DNA of 64,000 nt from Utricularia gibba (GCA_002189035.1 NEEC01000008.1:2294001-2358000), one strand, 5' to 3'; counted from the stretch's first letter, positions 1-11,423 are shown. A program made the numbers and translations. The notes: generated by a model not told the origin, from the sequence alone.

Positions 1-2109
1 TCCCGAAGTGTAGTGGGAATGACGCCGCAAGAAGCATGGAATGGAATTAAACCATCAGTTTCTCATATGAGAATTTTCGGATCCATTGCCTATGTACACC
101 AACCGGATGATGAACGCACGAAACTGGACGACAAAGCTCAAAAAATGGTGTTTATTGGCTATGATCAGACCTCAAAGACTTATCGCTTATTTGATCCTAA
201 ACTGAAAAAGGTTCGCTTGAGTAGGGATGTCACTTTTGATGAATCTTCAAGCTGGGACTGGAAGTCTCTTTCAGACAATGATCCTTCATATAAGTCTTTT
301 GATTTTAATTGGGAAATAGAAGGACGAGAGCCATTGATGGATGATGCTGAAGCCATTAATCATCCTATCTCTCATGAAGAAGAAACAGAGTCTCCTGTGG
401 ATACGAGAGTTGAAAATCCATCAGTGGTGAATAGAGGTCATAGATCAAGGAGACTTCCAAGCCGTTTTACTGATTTTGCCGTTGATCTACCGCCCTCGTT
501 GTTACCCGAGACGAGCCATGATCTGTTACGTGAGGTTCAGAACTTTTCTCATTTCTGTCTTTTTGTTGAGACAGAGCCTCTGGACTTCTTTGAAGCTGAA
601 AAATCCCCTGATTGGCGTACTGCAATGGATGAGGAAATCCATGCGATAGAGAAGAATCAAACTTGGAGTCTGGTGGAGAGGCCTTCTGATAAGACCGTCA
701 TAGGTGTAAAATGGGTCTATAAAGTGAAGCGGAAGGCAGATGGAAGTGTGGATCGATTGAAAGCAAGGTTGGTTGCCAAAGGGTACAAACAGAAAGCTGG
801 GATTGATTATGATCAAGTATTTGCTCCAGTGGTGAGGATGGAGACAGTGAGGATTCTTCTTGCATTAGCAGCTCAACTTAAATGGTTTATTTGGCAGTTG
901 GATGTTAAATCGGCTTTCTTGAATGGGATATTGGATGAAGAAGTGTTTGTGGAACAACCATTAGGATATATCAAGAAGGGAAATGAAGACAAAGTTTTGA
1001 AGTTACACAAATCCCTCTACGGGTTGAAACAAGCACCACGTGCTTGGAATCAGCGCATTGATGCATATCTCAAAGGCATGGAATTTATTCAATGTCCACA
1101 TGAGCACTCCTTGTACATCCGACAGAAGAAGCTCACAGAAATGATGATCGTGTGTATCTATGTTGATGATTTATTAGTCACTGGAGGGAGTGAGTCTGAG
1201 ATTGCAAAATTCAAGAAGAATATGAATGAAGAATTCGAGATGACCGATGCTGGAAAAATGCATTTCTATTTGGGTATTGAAGTGAAGCAATCAGCCCAAG
1301 GAATTTTCATCACTCAAAAACGTATGGTGCAGAATTTGTTGGCAAAGTATCATATGGGTGACTGCAACTCGGTTGAGACCCCTTCAGAATTTAATCTGAA
1401 GTTGAGTTCCAATGATCCTTCGAAGGAAGTGGATGTTACAGCCTTCAAAAGTTTAGTCGGCTCCTTACGGTATATAACCAGCACAAGGCCAGATATTTTA
1501 TTTGCTGTAGGGTTAGTCTGCAGGTTTATGGAGAAACCCAGAGAGACCCATCTCAGAGCAGCCAAGCGGATCCTTCGATATCTGAAAGGAACATCAAATT
1601 TCGGGATATGGTATGGGGTTTCTGAACCTTTTGATCTTGTGGGTTTTAGTGACAGTGATTGGGCTGGAAATGTTGATGATTCCCGAAGTACAACTGGGTT
1701 TGCATTTTTTCTGGGTGAATCTGCAATTGTGTGGAATTCTAAGAAGCAACCCATCGTTACCTTGTCAACATGCGAGGCTGAGTACGTTGCTGCCAGTGCT
1801 TGTGTTTGTCACGCAATTTGGCTGAGGTATGTTCTTCAGAACCTCGGTTTGAAAGGTGAGAAGCCAACGGTGGTGCATATTGATAATAAATCCGCGATTG
1901 CTCTTGGTAAAAATCCTGTTTTCCATGCTCGTAGTAAGCATATTGGGACTCGGTTTCATTTCATTCGTGATTGTGTGAAAGATGGACAGATTGAATTGTG
2001 TTATGTTAAGAGTGATGATCAAATAGCAGATATCTTCACTAAGCCTTTGAAGATTGGGGCTTTTCTGCGTTTGAGGAATCTGCTTGGAGTCAAGAAGCTT
2101 CTTGTTTAA
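1..2109 (+). CDS. copia Pol (integrase C-terminus, reverse transcriptase, RNase H), 5'-partial
   Basis: Uninterrupted frame from position 1; motifs TPQEAWNGIKPSVSHMRIFGS, DVKSAFLNG, LYGLKQAPRAW, YVDD, SDSDWAG, DNKSAI, ADIFTK. Confidence 0.97.
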   Translation, partial: SRSVVGMTPQEAWNGIKPSVSHMRIFGSIAYVHQPDDERTKLDDKAQKMVFIGYDQTSKTYRLFDPKLKKVRLSRDVTFDESSSWDWKSLSDNDPSYKSFDFNWEIEGREPLMDDAEAINHPISHEEETESPVDTRVENPSVVNRGHRSRRLPSRFTDFAVDLPPSLLPETSHDLLREVQNFSHFCLFVETEPLDFFEAEKSPDWRTAMDEEIHAIEKNQTWSLVERPSDKTVIGVKWVYKVKRKADGSVDRLKARLVAKGYKQKAGIDYDQVFAPVVRMETVRILLALAAQLKWFIWQLDVKSAFLNGILDEEVFVEQPLGYIKKGNEDKVLKLHKSLYGLKQAPRAWNQRIDAYLKGMEFIQCPHEHSLYIRQKKLTEMMIVCIYVDDLLVTGGSESEIAKFKKNMNEEFEMTDAGKMHFYLGIEVKQSAQGIFITQKRMVQNLLAKYHMGDCNSVETPSEFNLKLSSNDPSKEVDVTAFKSLVGSLRYITSTRPDILFAVGLVCRFMEKPRETHLRAAKRILRYLKGTSNFGIWYGVSEPFDLVGFSDSDWAGNVDDSRSTTGFAFFLGESAIVWNSKKQPIVTLSTCEAEYVAASACVCHAIWLRYVLQNLGLKGEKPTVVHIDNKSAIALGKNPVFHARSKHIGTRFHFIRDCVKDGQIELCYVKSDDQIADIFTKPLKIGAFLRLRNLLGVKKLLV

Positions 2110-2116
2110 GGGAGGA
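2107..2116 (+). other. polypurine tract of the copia element
   Basis: purine-rich TAAGGGAGGA overlapping the pol stop codon and abutting the LTR-initial TG. Confidence 0.85.
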
Positions 2117-2375
2117 TGTTGAAGATACACAAGAAGACTTCTGCCGACTGATTGTTGGAAGTTAGTATGGTTATAGAATAATAGGTTGTTGTAACTGCTT
2201 GTAGCAGTTTTATGTTTTAGATAAGGATGATGAATTACTATTTAATGTAGACAACTCTAAGGTGGTTCAATAGAAAATACATTTTTCTGGAGCAAGTGTT
2301 GTTTTCGTTGCTCTTACTCTGGTTTTGAAGTATCTTGTTGTGTTCTTCTCTTCTGTTTTTACTCCTCATCCAACA
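2117..2375 (+). repeat. 3' LTR (259 bp)
   Basis: Starts TGTTG directly after the PPT, ends CAACA (5-bp terminal inverted repeat); dirigent coding sequence resumes exactly at 2376. Confidence 0.88.
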
Positions 2376-2759
2376 GTTCCGACCCACAAGACTCAGCGTG
2401 CTCCCTTTATACTTGCCCTCGGTGAACACCACGTTCACATTCAGGGTGATGGCGGACTGCTTCATGTCAGTGAAAGCAATGAGGCCCTGTATCTGCCCCA
2501 GATACTGCGAATCCCTTTCATGGGACTCCGTGATCGGCGTGTCCGTCACCAGCACCAAACCGAACGCACTGGGAAGCACATTGGACAGGTCGCACTGGGC
2601 GACCTTCCACACTGTGGCATTGCTTCCCCCGGTCTTGTCCTGCACGTAGAAACGGATACGTGTCACCGTTTCGGTGGCGCCAGAGGATCCCGCCGCCATG
2701 ACGCCGGCGAGGAAGGCGAAGAACAAGGCATGAACAAGCTGTTTTGCGCAGGAACTCAT
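2376..2759 (-). pseudogene. dirigent protein gene 1, truncated by the copia insertion
   Basis: Signal peptide plus dirigent motifs (RFYVQD, FGLVLVTDTPIT, GQIQG, FTEGKYKGSTLSLVGRN); homology to the paralogue at 3810-4354 stops exactly at the LTR edge. Confidence 0.9.
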
Positions 2760-3809
2760 CTCGTGACAGAAGAGAAGATAAGAGATAGCAGGTGGAAATT
2801 CGATTATGTCAGCCTATTGGGCGTGCTGCGTTGCTACAAATATCAGAGCAGTGAGGTGGTGGTAGATAGGATTCACCACTCTTCCCAACCACCACTCCCT
2901 CCAAAATTCATATTATTCCATATTTTATAATAATTTTTAATTACTATTTTGACGTCATCCTCCTTAATTCAACTAAATTCATATGTTCTAACATATAAAC
3001 GTATAACGTTTTTTGGAAAGTATATGTAGTAACTCTTTCGATATGATTAATCAAATTTTAAATAAGTAATAAAAAAACGTGCTAGATTAGAAATTATTAT
3101 GTTATTGGTATTATAAATAAAGTTTTTTTATTCATCATCAAAGATGTGGTCCCATCTGAAGTTCCAGGACCACCGCTGCGGACGTGACTCACCAGCCAAT
3201 GCGTCGAGCTGCTGCCACCGCAGCATCTCATGCACCGCCACGTCACTCTGCTAATTCCTTAATCCCCATTATTTTGTAAAAATAATATATTTAACTTTAA
3301 TTGACATAATTGATCCTTGCCGTATCGAATTTCGTAATTCTGTAAAATTTAGTATATCGAGCAAAGCTAGTTTTCAATTTTTTTCTATTTTAGATATTTA
3401 AATCTTTATTATTTGAATATATTCGACCATATGCTTTTATTATTAAATAAAACTGTTTCACATGCTCGATTATATTTTGCACGACAGGTGGTGCCCGAAT
3501 GCAAGTGGGCTGACCGCCAACAGTGGCCCCTCGGAGGCGTGAAATGGAGAAGGAACCAATTTTGTTATAATTAAAAATATTAAAAATTGATTTTGAAATC
3601 ATTCGAATGAGTTATATGTGATTTATACATAATAAAAATTGAATGTCATTTTTTGTTAAAATTTTGAATTCTAAATATTTAATTAATTGAGAAATCGAAA
3701 TTATTGGTTTGTCGTGGGCCTTGAGCATAACAATGGAACTGGGCCACCGGTAGGTAGGCGAGGCCCAGTTACGTGAAGAATAATCATAGCATGAATGAAA
3801 GTCACGGCG

Positions 3810-4354
3810 TCAAATGACTGCGGCAGCCTGGGAAATCTGTGGCACCAAAAGCTCCACGTCATACTGATACACACCGTAGTCGTCGCTCGACTGGTGGGTC
3901 GTGGTAATCACATACCCACGGGCGAATCTGAACGCTCCGGTGCCGGCGACCACCGGGATCTCCCTGACGCCCTCGTGCAGAGGGTTCCTTCCCAAAATGC
4001 TCAACGTGCTTCCCTTGAACTCCCCCTCGGTGAACACCACGTTGAGAAGCATACACAGCGCTATCTGTTTGAAATCGGCAAGCGCAATAACGCCCTGCAT
4101 CCTGCCAACTACCTGGGAGTCCTTCTCCGGCGCCGCCGTGAGCAGATTATCCAGGACGCTGACTATCCCGAACCGCGACGGAAGATCGTTGGAGAAATTG
4201 GTCTGGGCGATAGTCCACACAGTGCGGTCGTCCCCCCGACCTTGTCTTGGACGAAGAAACGGAGCCGAATCACGGAGTCCGATTGGTGTGAGGATCCGAC
4301 GGAGGTGAGTGCGAGAAAGGCAACGAAAGCGCAGAGACGCCTACCGGGAACCAT
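3810..4354 (-). CDS. dirigent protein gene 2 (apparent 1-nt frameshift at 4232-4237)
   Basis: ORF 4163-4354 gives signal peptide and RLRFFVQDKVGG; ORF 3810-4220 gives FGIVSVLDN, GRMQG, GSTLSILGRN, REIPVVAGTGAFRFARG. One extra G joins them into 181 aa. Confidence 0.88.
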
Positions 4355-5228
4355 CCTTTCTGTAGAGACTCACGGTTTCTTACACCCGTGGTAATAAATA
4401 AATAATTATCGATGGTGGGTGGGTGTGTGAGGAGATAAATACAATAAAATAGATTTAATTTCATTATATTTAAATAAAATTATATAAAATAATTTTATAA
4501 ATAAGTGGATGGTAAATCCCACATTTTCCCTTAAATCTTAATTTCAATTTTTTCTCGTTTCATTTAATAAATTTATAATTTTGATATATTTATTAATATT
4601 TCCCCACTTTATAACAACTAATGACAATATATGATAAATAACATCTTATATTAGGATATTAAAAAACGTTTTTATATGCTTCAAATATCCATTTCTTTTT
4701 TCTGGCTTATAATCAAACAATGTAATGTTTCTTAAAAAGGAAATCAAATATTTTAAATGCTATTAAAAGGTAATTAATGTATATAATCAATAAATAATAT
4801 TTTCTTTCCTTTATTTCGGTTTTCGAACAAGTGTACTTATGGAGAATTAAATAAATTATGGGTATGTTAAAATGAGAATATTGTTATTGCGGACGTGAAA
4901 TTTTCTTTTTTTCAAATTTTGTAATAATAAAAATATTAGGTATTAATTAAGGGGTGCAATTGAGTTGATGTCACGCACATGGTGTGTTGAGCAACATGTT
5001 TAATTTAGAGTTTGGGATATTCCTGGTGATTTAAAATAATAAATCACGAAATTAATTTTAATAAAATAGTATCGTAATTTCCCCAAGCGTTTAATTGCTA
5101 TGAGGTGAGTGGAGGAAAGATGTGGCATTTATGAAGAGCGTGACATCGCCGGTTGCCTTCTTGGTGTGCTTGAGCGAGGCTGGTGCGTTGGATGTGCATC
5201 CGACGGCTGAGATTGGCGCTTTTGATAT

Positions 5229-5236
5229 TAAATGCA
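5229..5236 (+). promoter_or_regulatory. L1 box (TAAATGCA) about 130 bp upstream of ACR4 ATG
   Basis: Exact match to the HD-ZIP IV site TAAATG(C/T)A; ACR4 is a known L1-box-regulated gene in Arabidopsis. Confidence 0.55.
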
Positions 5237-5367
5237 TTCACCAGCCTGCCTGCTTTCCCTCTCTTCCTCCTCCAGGGGTGTCGTCTGTCAGTCTTAGCGT
5301 CGAGTTATCTTTTCACACGGCGGCGAGAGGTGGGTTGGAGGAGGCGGCGGAGTTTTGGGGAAGAGGG

Positions 5368-8081
5368 ATGAAAGAGGTGTGGGTGGTGGGGAGGAGTCAG
5401 TGTTTGCTTTGTGGGAATGTAGTGGTTTTGTTGTTGTTGGTGTTATCTTTTATGGATGGAAGAGTTTGGTGCTTGGGTTCCATGTCGTCAATCGCCATTT
5501 CGTATGGGGAGAAGGGTTCTGTTTATTGTGGATTGAGATCCGATGGCTCGCATTTTGCTGACTGCTTTGGTTCAAATCCTGGGATCGTTAATGCAACTCC
5601 GAGGCATTTTCGCTTTGTTGGTTTAACGGGTGGAAGTGGTTTTGTTTGTGGGTTGCTTTTGGGTTCGAACCATGCGTTTTGTTGGGGGCCAATGCGTTCA
5701 TACGTACGGGTGTGCCTCTGAGAACTGGTGTGAAAACCGAGTATCTGGAGATAAGTGCAGGAGACAACCATGTATGTGGGTTGAGGAGACCTTCGACGGG
5801 GAGGCTGAGAAACATATCGTTGGTGGATTGTTGGGGTTACAACATGACAAAAAGCTACAGATTTGATGGTCAGATCCAGTCGATTTCAGCGGGTTCAGTT
5901 TTTAGTTGCGGTTTGTTTGCCCAAAATAGGAGTGTTTTCTGCTGGGGAGATGAGGCGTCAAGTGATTTCCTCTCTTTGATTCCAAAACAATCAAAGTTCA
6001 AAAAGATTGCTGCCGGAGGATATCATGTTTGTGGGATTCTGGAGGGCCTGATCTCGCGAGCCGTTTGCTGGGGTAGAAGCTTAGATTTCGAAGAAGACGT
6101 TTCATCAAGAAGTCATCCTTTTGATTGGGAGATGAATGTGGAAATATCCCCCGAAGAACCAATGCTCTCTGTTGTTGGTGGCAAATTTCATGCCTGCGGG
6201 ATAAGAAGTCGCGATAGAAATGTAGTCTGTTGGGGTTACAGAGTTGAAAGAAGTACTCCTCCACCGAGCGACATCAAGGTTTTTGAGATAGCCGCCGGTG
6301 ACTACTTCACCTGTGGTGTAATAGCACCCCAGTCTCCGTTGCCGGTTTGTTGGGGTATTGCATTTCCGTCATCTCTTCCGATTCCAGCTCCACTCGGAGC
6401 CTGTGTAACCAGCCCCTGTTTGCCCGATTTCTACGAATTCAACAATGCCAGCGCACCCTGCAGCTATCCAGGGGCTCACACCTGCTTGCGCTGCAGCATT
6501 GGATGTCCAAATGAAATGTTCGAGGTCGCAAAATGTAACGCATCGGCCAACCGACAGTGTGCCTTTAACTGTTCGAGCTGCTCCTCGAGCGAGTGCAGGT
6601 CCTCTTGCTCCAGCTCTAATGACATCAGCAACAGCAAGATTTGGTCGTTGCAGGCACCGATCATCGTTGCAGAGGTCTCATTTGCAGTTTTGCTGGTCAC
6701 AGCAGTCTCTTTTACAGCAGTTCGTTATGTTCGTTACAAGCTGAGCAACTGTAGATGTAATGTTAAGACAAGAAAGAGTGGTGGAAATGGTTCTTTCACT
6801 AAGAAGATGGTCAAGCCACTGACCGAACTAGATGAGCTCAAGATCAGAAGAGCTCAAAAGTTTACATACGAGGAGCTCGAAAGTGCGACGGATGGATTCA
6901 AGGAAGAATCCATTGTTGGAAAGGGTAGCTTTTCATGTGTTTTCAAAGGCGTTCTAGGAGATGGCACCATTGTTGCAGTTAAAAGAGCCAATGATTCTCT
7001 CGGCTTAAAGAAGAATCTGAAAGAGTTCCACAATGAGCTTGATTTGCTTTCCCGTCTCAACCACGCCCATCTGCTGAATCTGCTTGGCTACTGTGAAGGA
7101 GAAGAAAGGCTTTTAGTATACGAATTCATGGCTAATGGATCACTGCATCAGCATCTTCATGGTGACAAGGAACTTAAAGTGAAGCTAGATTGGGTGAAAA
7201 GGGTAACCATAGTCGTCCAAGCTGCTCGTGGAATAGAATACCTCCACGGCTATGCTTGTCCCCCGGTGATCCACAGGGACATAAAGTCTTCCAACATCCT
7301 GATAGATGAGGAGCACAATGCCCGTGTTGCGGATTTCGGGCTGTCGTTGCTTGGACCGGCCAGCAGCAGCTCCCCTTTGGCTGAACTTCCTGCAGGAACT
7401 CTGGGATACCTTGATCCTGAATACTACAGGCTTCATTACCTCACAACAAAGTCAGATGTTTACAGCTTTGGAGTTCTGCTATTGGAAATCTTGAGTGGCC
7501 GGAAAGCGATTGATCTGCACTACGAGGAAGGGAACATAGTGGAATGGGCTGTGCCGCTCATCAAAGCAGGGAATATTGAGTCGATACTGGATCCTGTCCT
7601 GAACCCCCCACCTGATCTTGAAGCTGTGAAAAGCATTGCAAACATAGCTAGCAAGTGTGTGAGAATGAGGGGCAAGGATAGACCTTCAATGGATAAAGTG
7701 ACGACAGCCTTGGAACGAGCTCTAGCTCTGTTGATGGGCAGTCCCTGCAATGATCAGCCCATCTTGCCGACGGAAGTGGTTTTGGGAAGCAGCAGGCTGC
7801 ATCAGAAGTCATCGCAGCGGTCTGGATACAGATCGACATCTGAAACAGATGGGGGAGATGCAGATGATCAAAGGATCGAGTTCAGAGCTCCCTCCTGGAT
7901 CACATTTCCAAGCGTTGCTTCGTCTCAACGCCGCAAGTCCTGCGACTTTGAGGAGGAGGCGGATGCCCGGAACATGGAAGGAAGAACTGCAGCAGGGATT
8001 GGAGTTGGAGGTACAGGTCCTGTTGAAGAGATACGCCCTGCATCTCCTCAACAGCACTTGTTCCTGCAACACAATTTCTGA
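5368..8081 (+). CDS. ACR4: CRINKLY4-type receptor-like kinase (apparent 1-nt frameshift at 5684-5688)
   Basis: Intronless; LGSMSSIAISYGE N-terminus, crinkly repeats (HVCG, CWG), Cys-rich TNFR-like region, TM helix, kinase (HRDIKSSN, DFG, GTLGYLDPEY), C-terminal LFLQHNF. About 904 aa after restoring one G. Confidence 0.95.
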
Positions 8082-8649
8082 TACAACAATCATCTGTCTT
8101 GAACTATCGTCCGAACATGGACAGGCATCTGTGATCACAATCAAATGAAATGTGTAAAAAAACTGCAGGAAAGATGGAGTGTTCAGTTTTCTTCAATGTT
8201 CCGTACAGTAGGTGACCCTGTTTGCCTCCTGCTCTAAGGTCAACCGGGAATCACCAGAGCATCTTCATTTTCATCTTTCCCGTTTAAACTCAATCGCCAT
8301 TGAGGTGCAGAAACCAATGCTTCAAAATACGCAATCTAGACGACCACATGATGTGAAACCTACTCTCAATTCCTCTGCTGATGAAACGAAATCTCAGCCC
8401 ATCATTACCAGGCATACAGACAGAGAAAGGCATCTCTGATGATACAGGAAACTGCACCAGGCCTTGGTCATGGCGCTCCGCCACTGGCAAATTTCGTCCT
8501 CTTGCACACGGGCTTGATGAGGGCTTCTTGGAAACCTCATGGATTGCCAATGCTGAGCATCATCCCAAAGGATTAAACAACAAAACGGAAAGAAATTGTT
8601 AGCTGGTGCAAGTTTCCTTGCAGCTATGATCACGATAATCTGGTAGAGT

Positions 8650-9486
8650 CTAGTTAGGAGAAAGGTGGGGATGACAGCTGCTCTGAAGCCATGGGAGCTA
8701 AGAAGCCTGAAGGGCATTGACTCTTCTGCCATCGATGATGAGAACGACAACCTGGATGGTGGAGATAGTGTTCCAAAGACAAATGCCAGCAATGTCAATG
8801 AAGCTCCGAGTAGTGTGAGATTGGAGACAGGGAATACCCCCATTGCCCGGAAAGTGGGGAGGGGCTTCGAACGAAATGCCATTGGCGGTGCTGCTCTTAC
8901 AACTCGACACTACAGAAATGTATCAACTGATAGTTTCATGGGGAGGATTAAACCGGTTTCCAATCTCGTGCGAAATCACTCGAAGCAAATGTAAGTGCAT
9001 TGGAGATTTGCAAAGGGGAATTACTGGTGCTGAACTACAGAAGATTATGGCTAACGAGAAACTTGCTGAGATGGCATGTAGTGATCCAATGAGGGTGAGA
9101 AGTTGCCATTGGAACGTGCTGGTTCTCCTTAGAAGTATTCAGTCATCATCTTGGAATCATAAACCAAAATCATGGCTTTTAGATGTCAACTATACATACC
9201 AGTCCCTCTTCTTTTTGCAGCCATGCAATCTAAAGCCCTTTCATTGCCTACTTTTGCAGTAAGAATCAGGTAAGAGTGACCTAAAAGAATCAGTAACATT
9301 AGTGAATTTATGACAACTTATGGATAACCCTACGCTTGAAAATGTCATTTATGCAGAAGAATCATAAGTGAACCCATGCCAACTTACAGATAAATAGCTA
9401 TATGTATTACCTATTTCTTCAGCTTAAAGCTATTGAAAGAAGAGGCAAACACAACAAAGGCAGAAGTCTCTAGACTGAGAATGTGA
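8650..9486 (+). pseudogene. decayed group-I bZIP (bZIP29/30-like) lacking the basic region
   Basis: TTRHYRNVSTDSFMG and LEICKGE/TGAELQKIMANEKLAEMACSDPMRVR in different frames; no ILANRQSAARSKERK downstream; possible zipper-like exon remnants at 9221-9269 and 9423-9486. Confidence 0.72.
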
Positions 9487-11175
9487 TGTCCTCCTTCACA
9501 CTCTCCTTTTCATTATATCCGGGAAGCCATCCCTCACCAATGGATTCCACTCTTCCACTCAATCCATCATCAAGAAAATCACCAACCCTCTTCACCTTGC
9601 CCTTTGGCTCCACTGGATACTTACCAGAGAAGCATGCGTAGCAAAAGCTGGATGAGTCCTCCCGAGGTAATTCTTCAAGGTATCGAATGAAAGAAATGCA
9701 AGCGAATCTGATTGTATGAATTCCCTGATCTCCTCGGTGCTCATTCGATTCGATATGAGCTCCTCTGGACTTGGGGTGTCAACTCCATAATAGCATGACC
9801 CGATGATTGGTGGACTTGCTATTCTCATATGAACCTCCTTAGCACCTGCCTCCTTCAATAAGCGAACAATCTTTGACGATGTTGTTCCTCTAACAATGGA
9901 ATCATCGACTACCACAACACGCTTTCCCTCCAAAACGGCCCTCACTGGGGAGAGTTTAAGTTTCACTCCAAAGTCCCTGATCTTCTGGGAGGGCTCAATG
10001 AATGTCCTGCCTACATAATGTGACCTGATCAATCCTTGTTGAAAGGGCACCCCTGCTTTGGCTGCATACCCAATGGCAGCAACAACTCCGGAATCAGGGA
10101 CAGCGATCACTACGTCACAATCCACAGGAGACTCTGTGGCAAGTATTTCTCCAAAAGCACGGCGAGATTCATAAACGGACCGGCCATAGACAATGGAGTT
10201 AGGCATTGCGAAGTATATGTGCTCAAAAATGCAGGATTTTGCCTGTTGATGAGGCATTAAACATACGGATTGAACGCCTTCCTTGTCCACAATGATAAGT
10301 TCCCCGGGGAAAACCTCTCGCTCATAAGTTGCTTCAATCAAATCCAAAGCGCAGGTCTCAGAGGCGAACACCACCGCTCCGCTGCTCCGGCGGCCCATCA
10401 CCAGCGGCCGGAATCCGTAAGGATCCCGAACAGCGACTAGCTTGTCCTCTGTTAAGAAAACCATAGAGTACGCTCCTTGTAGCCTACTGCAAGCTTCAAC
10501 TATTCTCATGAAAAACGGCCTGGCTTTAGATATGGCGATTAAGTGGAGAACAACTTCGGTGTCAGAACTTGTGTTGAATATGGAGCCGCTGTCCTCAAGC
10601 TCCTCGCGTAAACTCTGGTAATTCACCAAGTTCCCGTTGTGGGCAACGCCGACGGAGCCGAAACGGTAACCAGCGACAAAGGGCTGCACATTCTTGAGCA
10701 TGGAAGAACCTGCGGTAGAGTACCTAACATGCCCAATAGCTCTATCTCCAGGGAGCTTATCCAATTTTGATTGGTTAAAAACGTCAGAAACAAGCCCAAC
10801 GCCGGTAACTGACTGAAGAACGCCTTCGTTCACGGCTACAATGCCAGCACCCTCCTGCCCACGGTGTTGAAGCGCGTGAAGTGCTAGGTAGCAAAGGCGG
10901 GAGGCTTCTGGGTCGCCGTAAATCCCGACGACACCGCATTCTTCCCGAGGCTTATCGAAATCAAACGGAGCATCACAGTCTCCTGCTTCATCTGCCGTCG
11001 TGACAACATCAGAGATAGGGTTTTTGCAAAGTGTGGTATTACGGAATCTTTGGTATGTTTTCGGGGAGTGGCGGAAGAATTGTATACTGGGTGGCTGCGG
11101 CACAAAAGATAATCGGCCGCTAGATGCGGCGGCGGCAGCGGCAGCCGGAAAGGCGGAAGCTGTGGAAGCGGCCAT
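9470..11175 (-). CDS. ASE: plastid amidophosphoribosyltransferase (PurF family; apparent 1-nt frameshift near 9661-9663)
   Basis: Transit-peptide-like N-terminus, EECGVVG, QHRGQE, GHVRYST, VVVDDSIVRGTTS; one extra G restores FCYACFSGKYP and a stop at 9470-9472 (about 568 aa). Confidence 0.95.
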
Positions 11176-11379
11176 GGGCAAGGTGGCGCAATTCGCAAAG
11201 TTGAACGGAATAGGTTTGTAACCTCCCCCGTACATTAATCGGAGGGAAAAGATTGGAAGACAAAGGAAAGAATCTGGCTCCTGATAATTACAGATACACC
11301 CCCAGACATTTTGTATTCTCTTTCGAGACGGCCTGAGATATTTATTGTCCACCCCTGTAATCTTCTAGTATTACCAAAA

Positions 11380-11423
11380 GCCCCACATCTCTCGAGAATC
11401 ACTACGTAGTCCTGTTATATATA
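11380..11423 (+). promoter_or_regulatory. TATA box with an upstream USE-like motif at 24-nt spacing
   Basis: GCCCCACATCT (9/11 to RTCCCACATCG) at 11380-11390, 24 nt spacer, TTATATATA from 11415. Confidence 0.35.

Larger units (their letters stand above)
1..2375 (+). mobile_element. Ty1/copia LTR retrotransposon, 3' half (continues left of window)
   Basis: Open pol frame in integrase-RT-RNaseH order, followed immediately by a polypurine tract and a TGTTG...CAACA-bounded LTR. Confidence 0.97.

Noticed and set aside
4232-4237. Programmed frameshifting or transcriptional slippage as a shared mechanism for the six broken genes
   Set aside because: Runs are short, genes are unrelated and uniform single-base loss in homopolymers is the standard long-read error pattern.
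3795-4394. Long antisense ORFs over GC-rich genes (also over CYP77A, PADRE, KCS, MATEs)
   Set aside because: Shadows of the real coding strand with no family motifs.
5122-5367. N-terminal extension of ACR4 in the ORF track
   Set aside because: Starts at a non-ATG codon; ATG 5368 precedes a signal-peptide-like stretch and the L1 box lies in the supposed extension.
11176-11352. N-terminal extension of ASE in the ORF track
   Set aside because: Non-ATG start; MAASTASAF at 11175 is a typical transit peptide start and gives the expected length.
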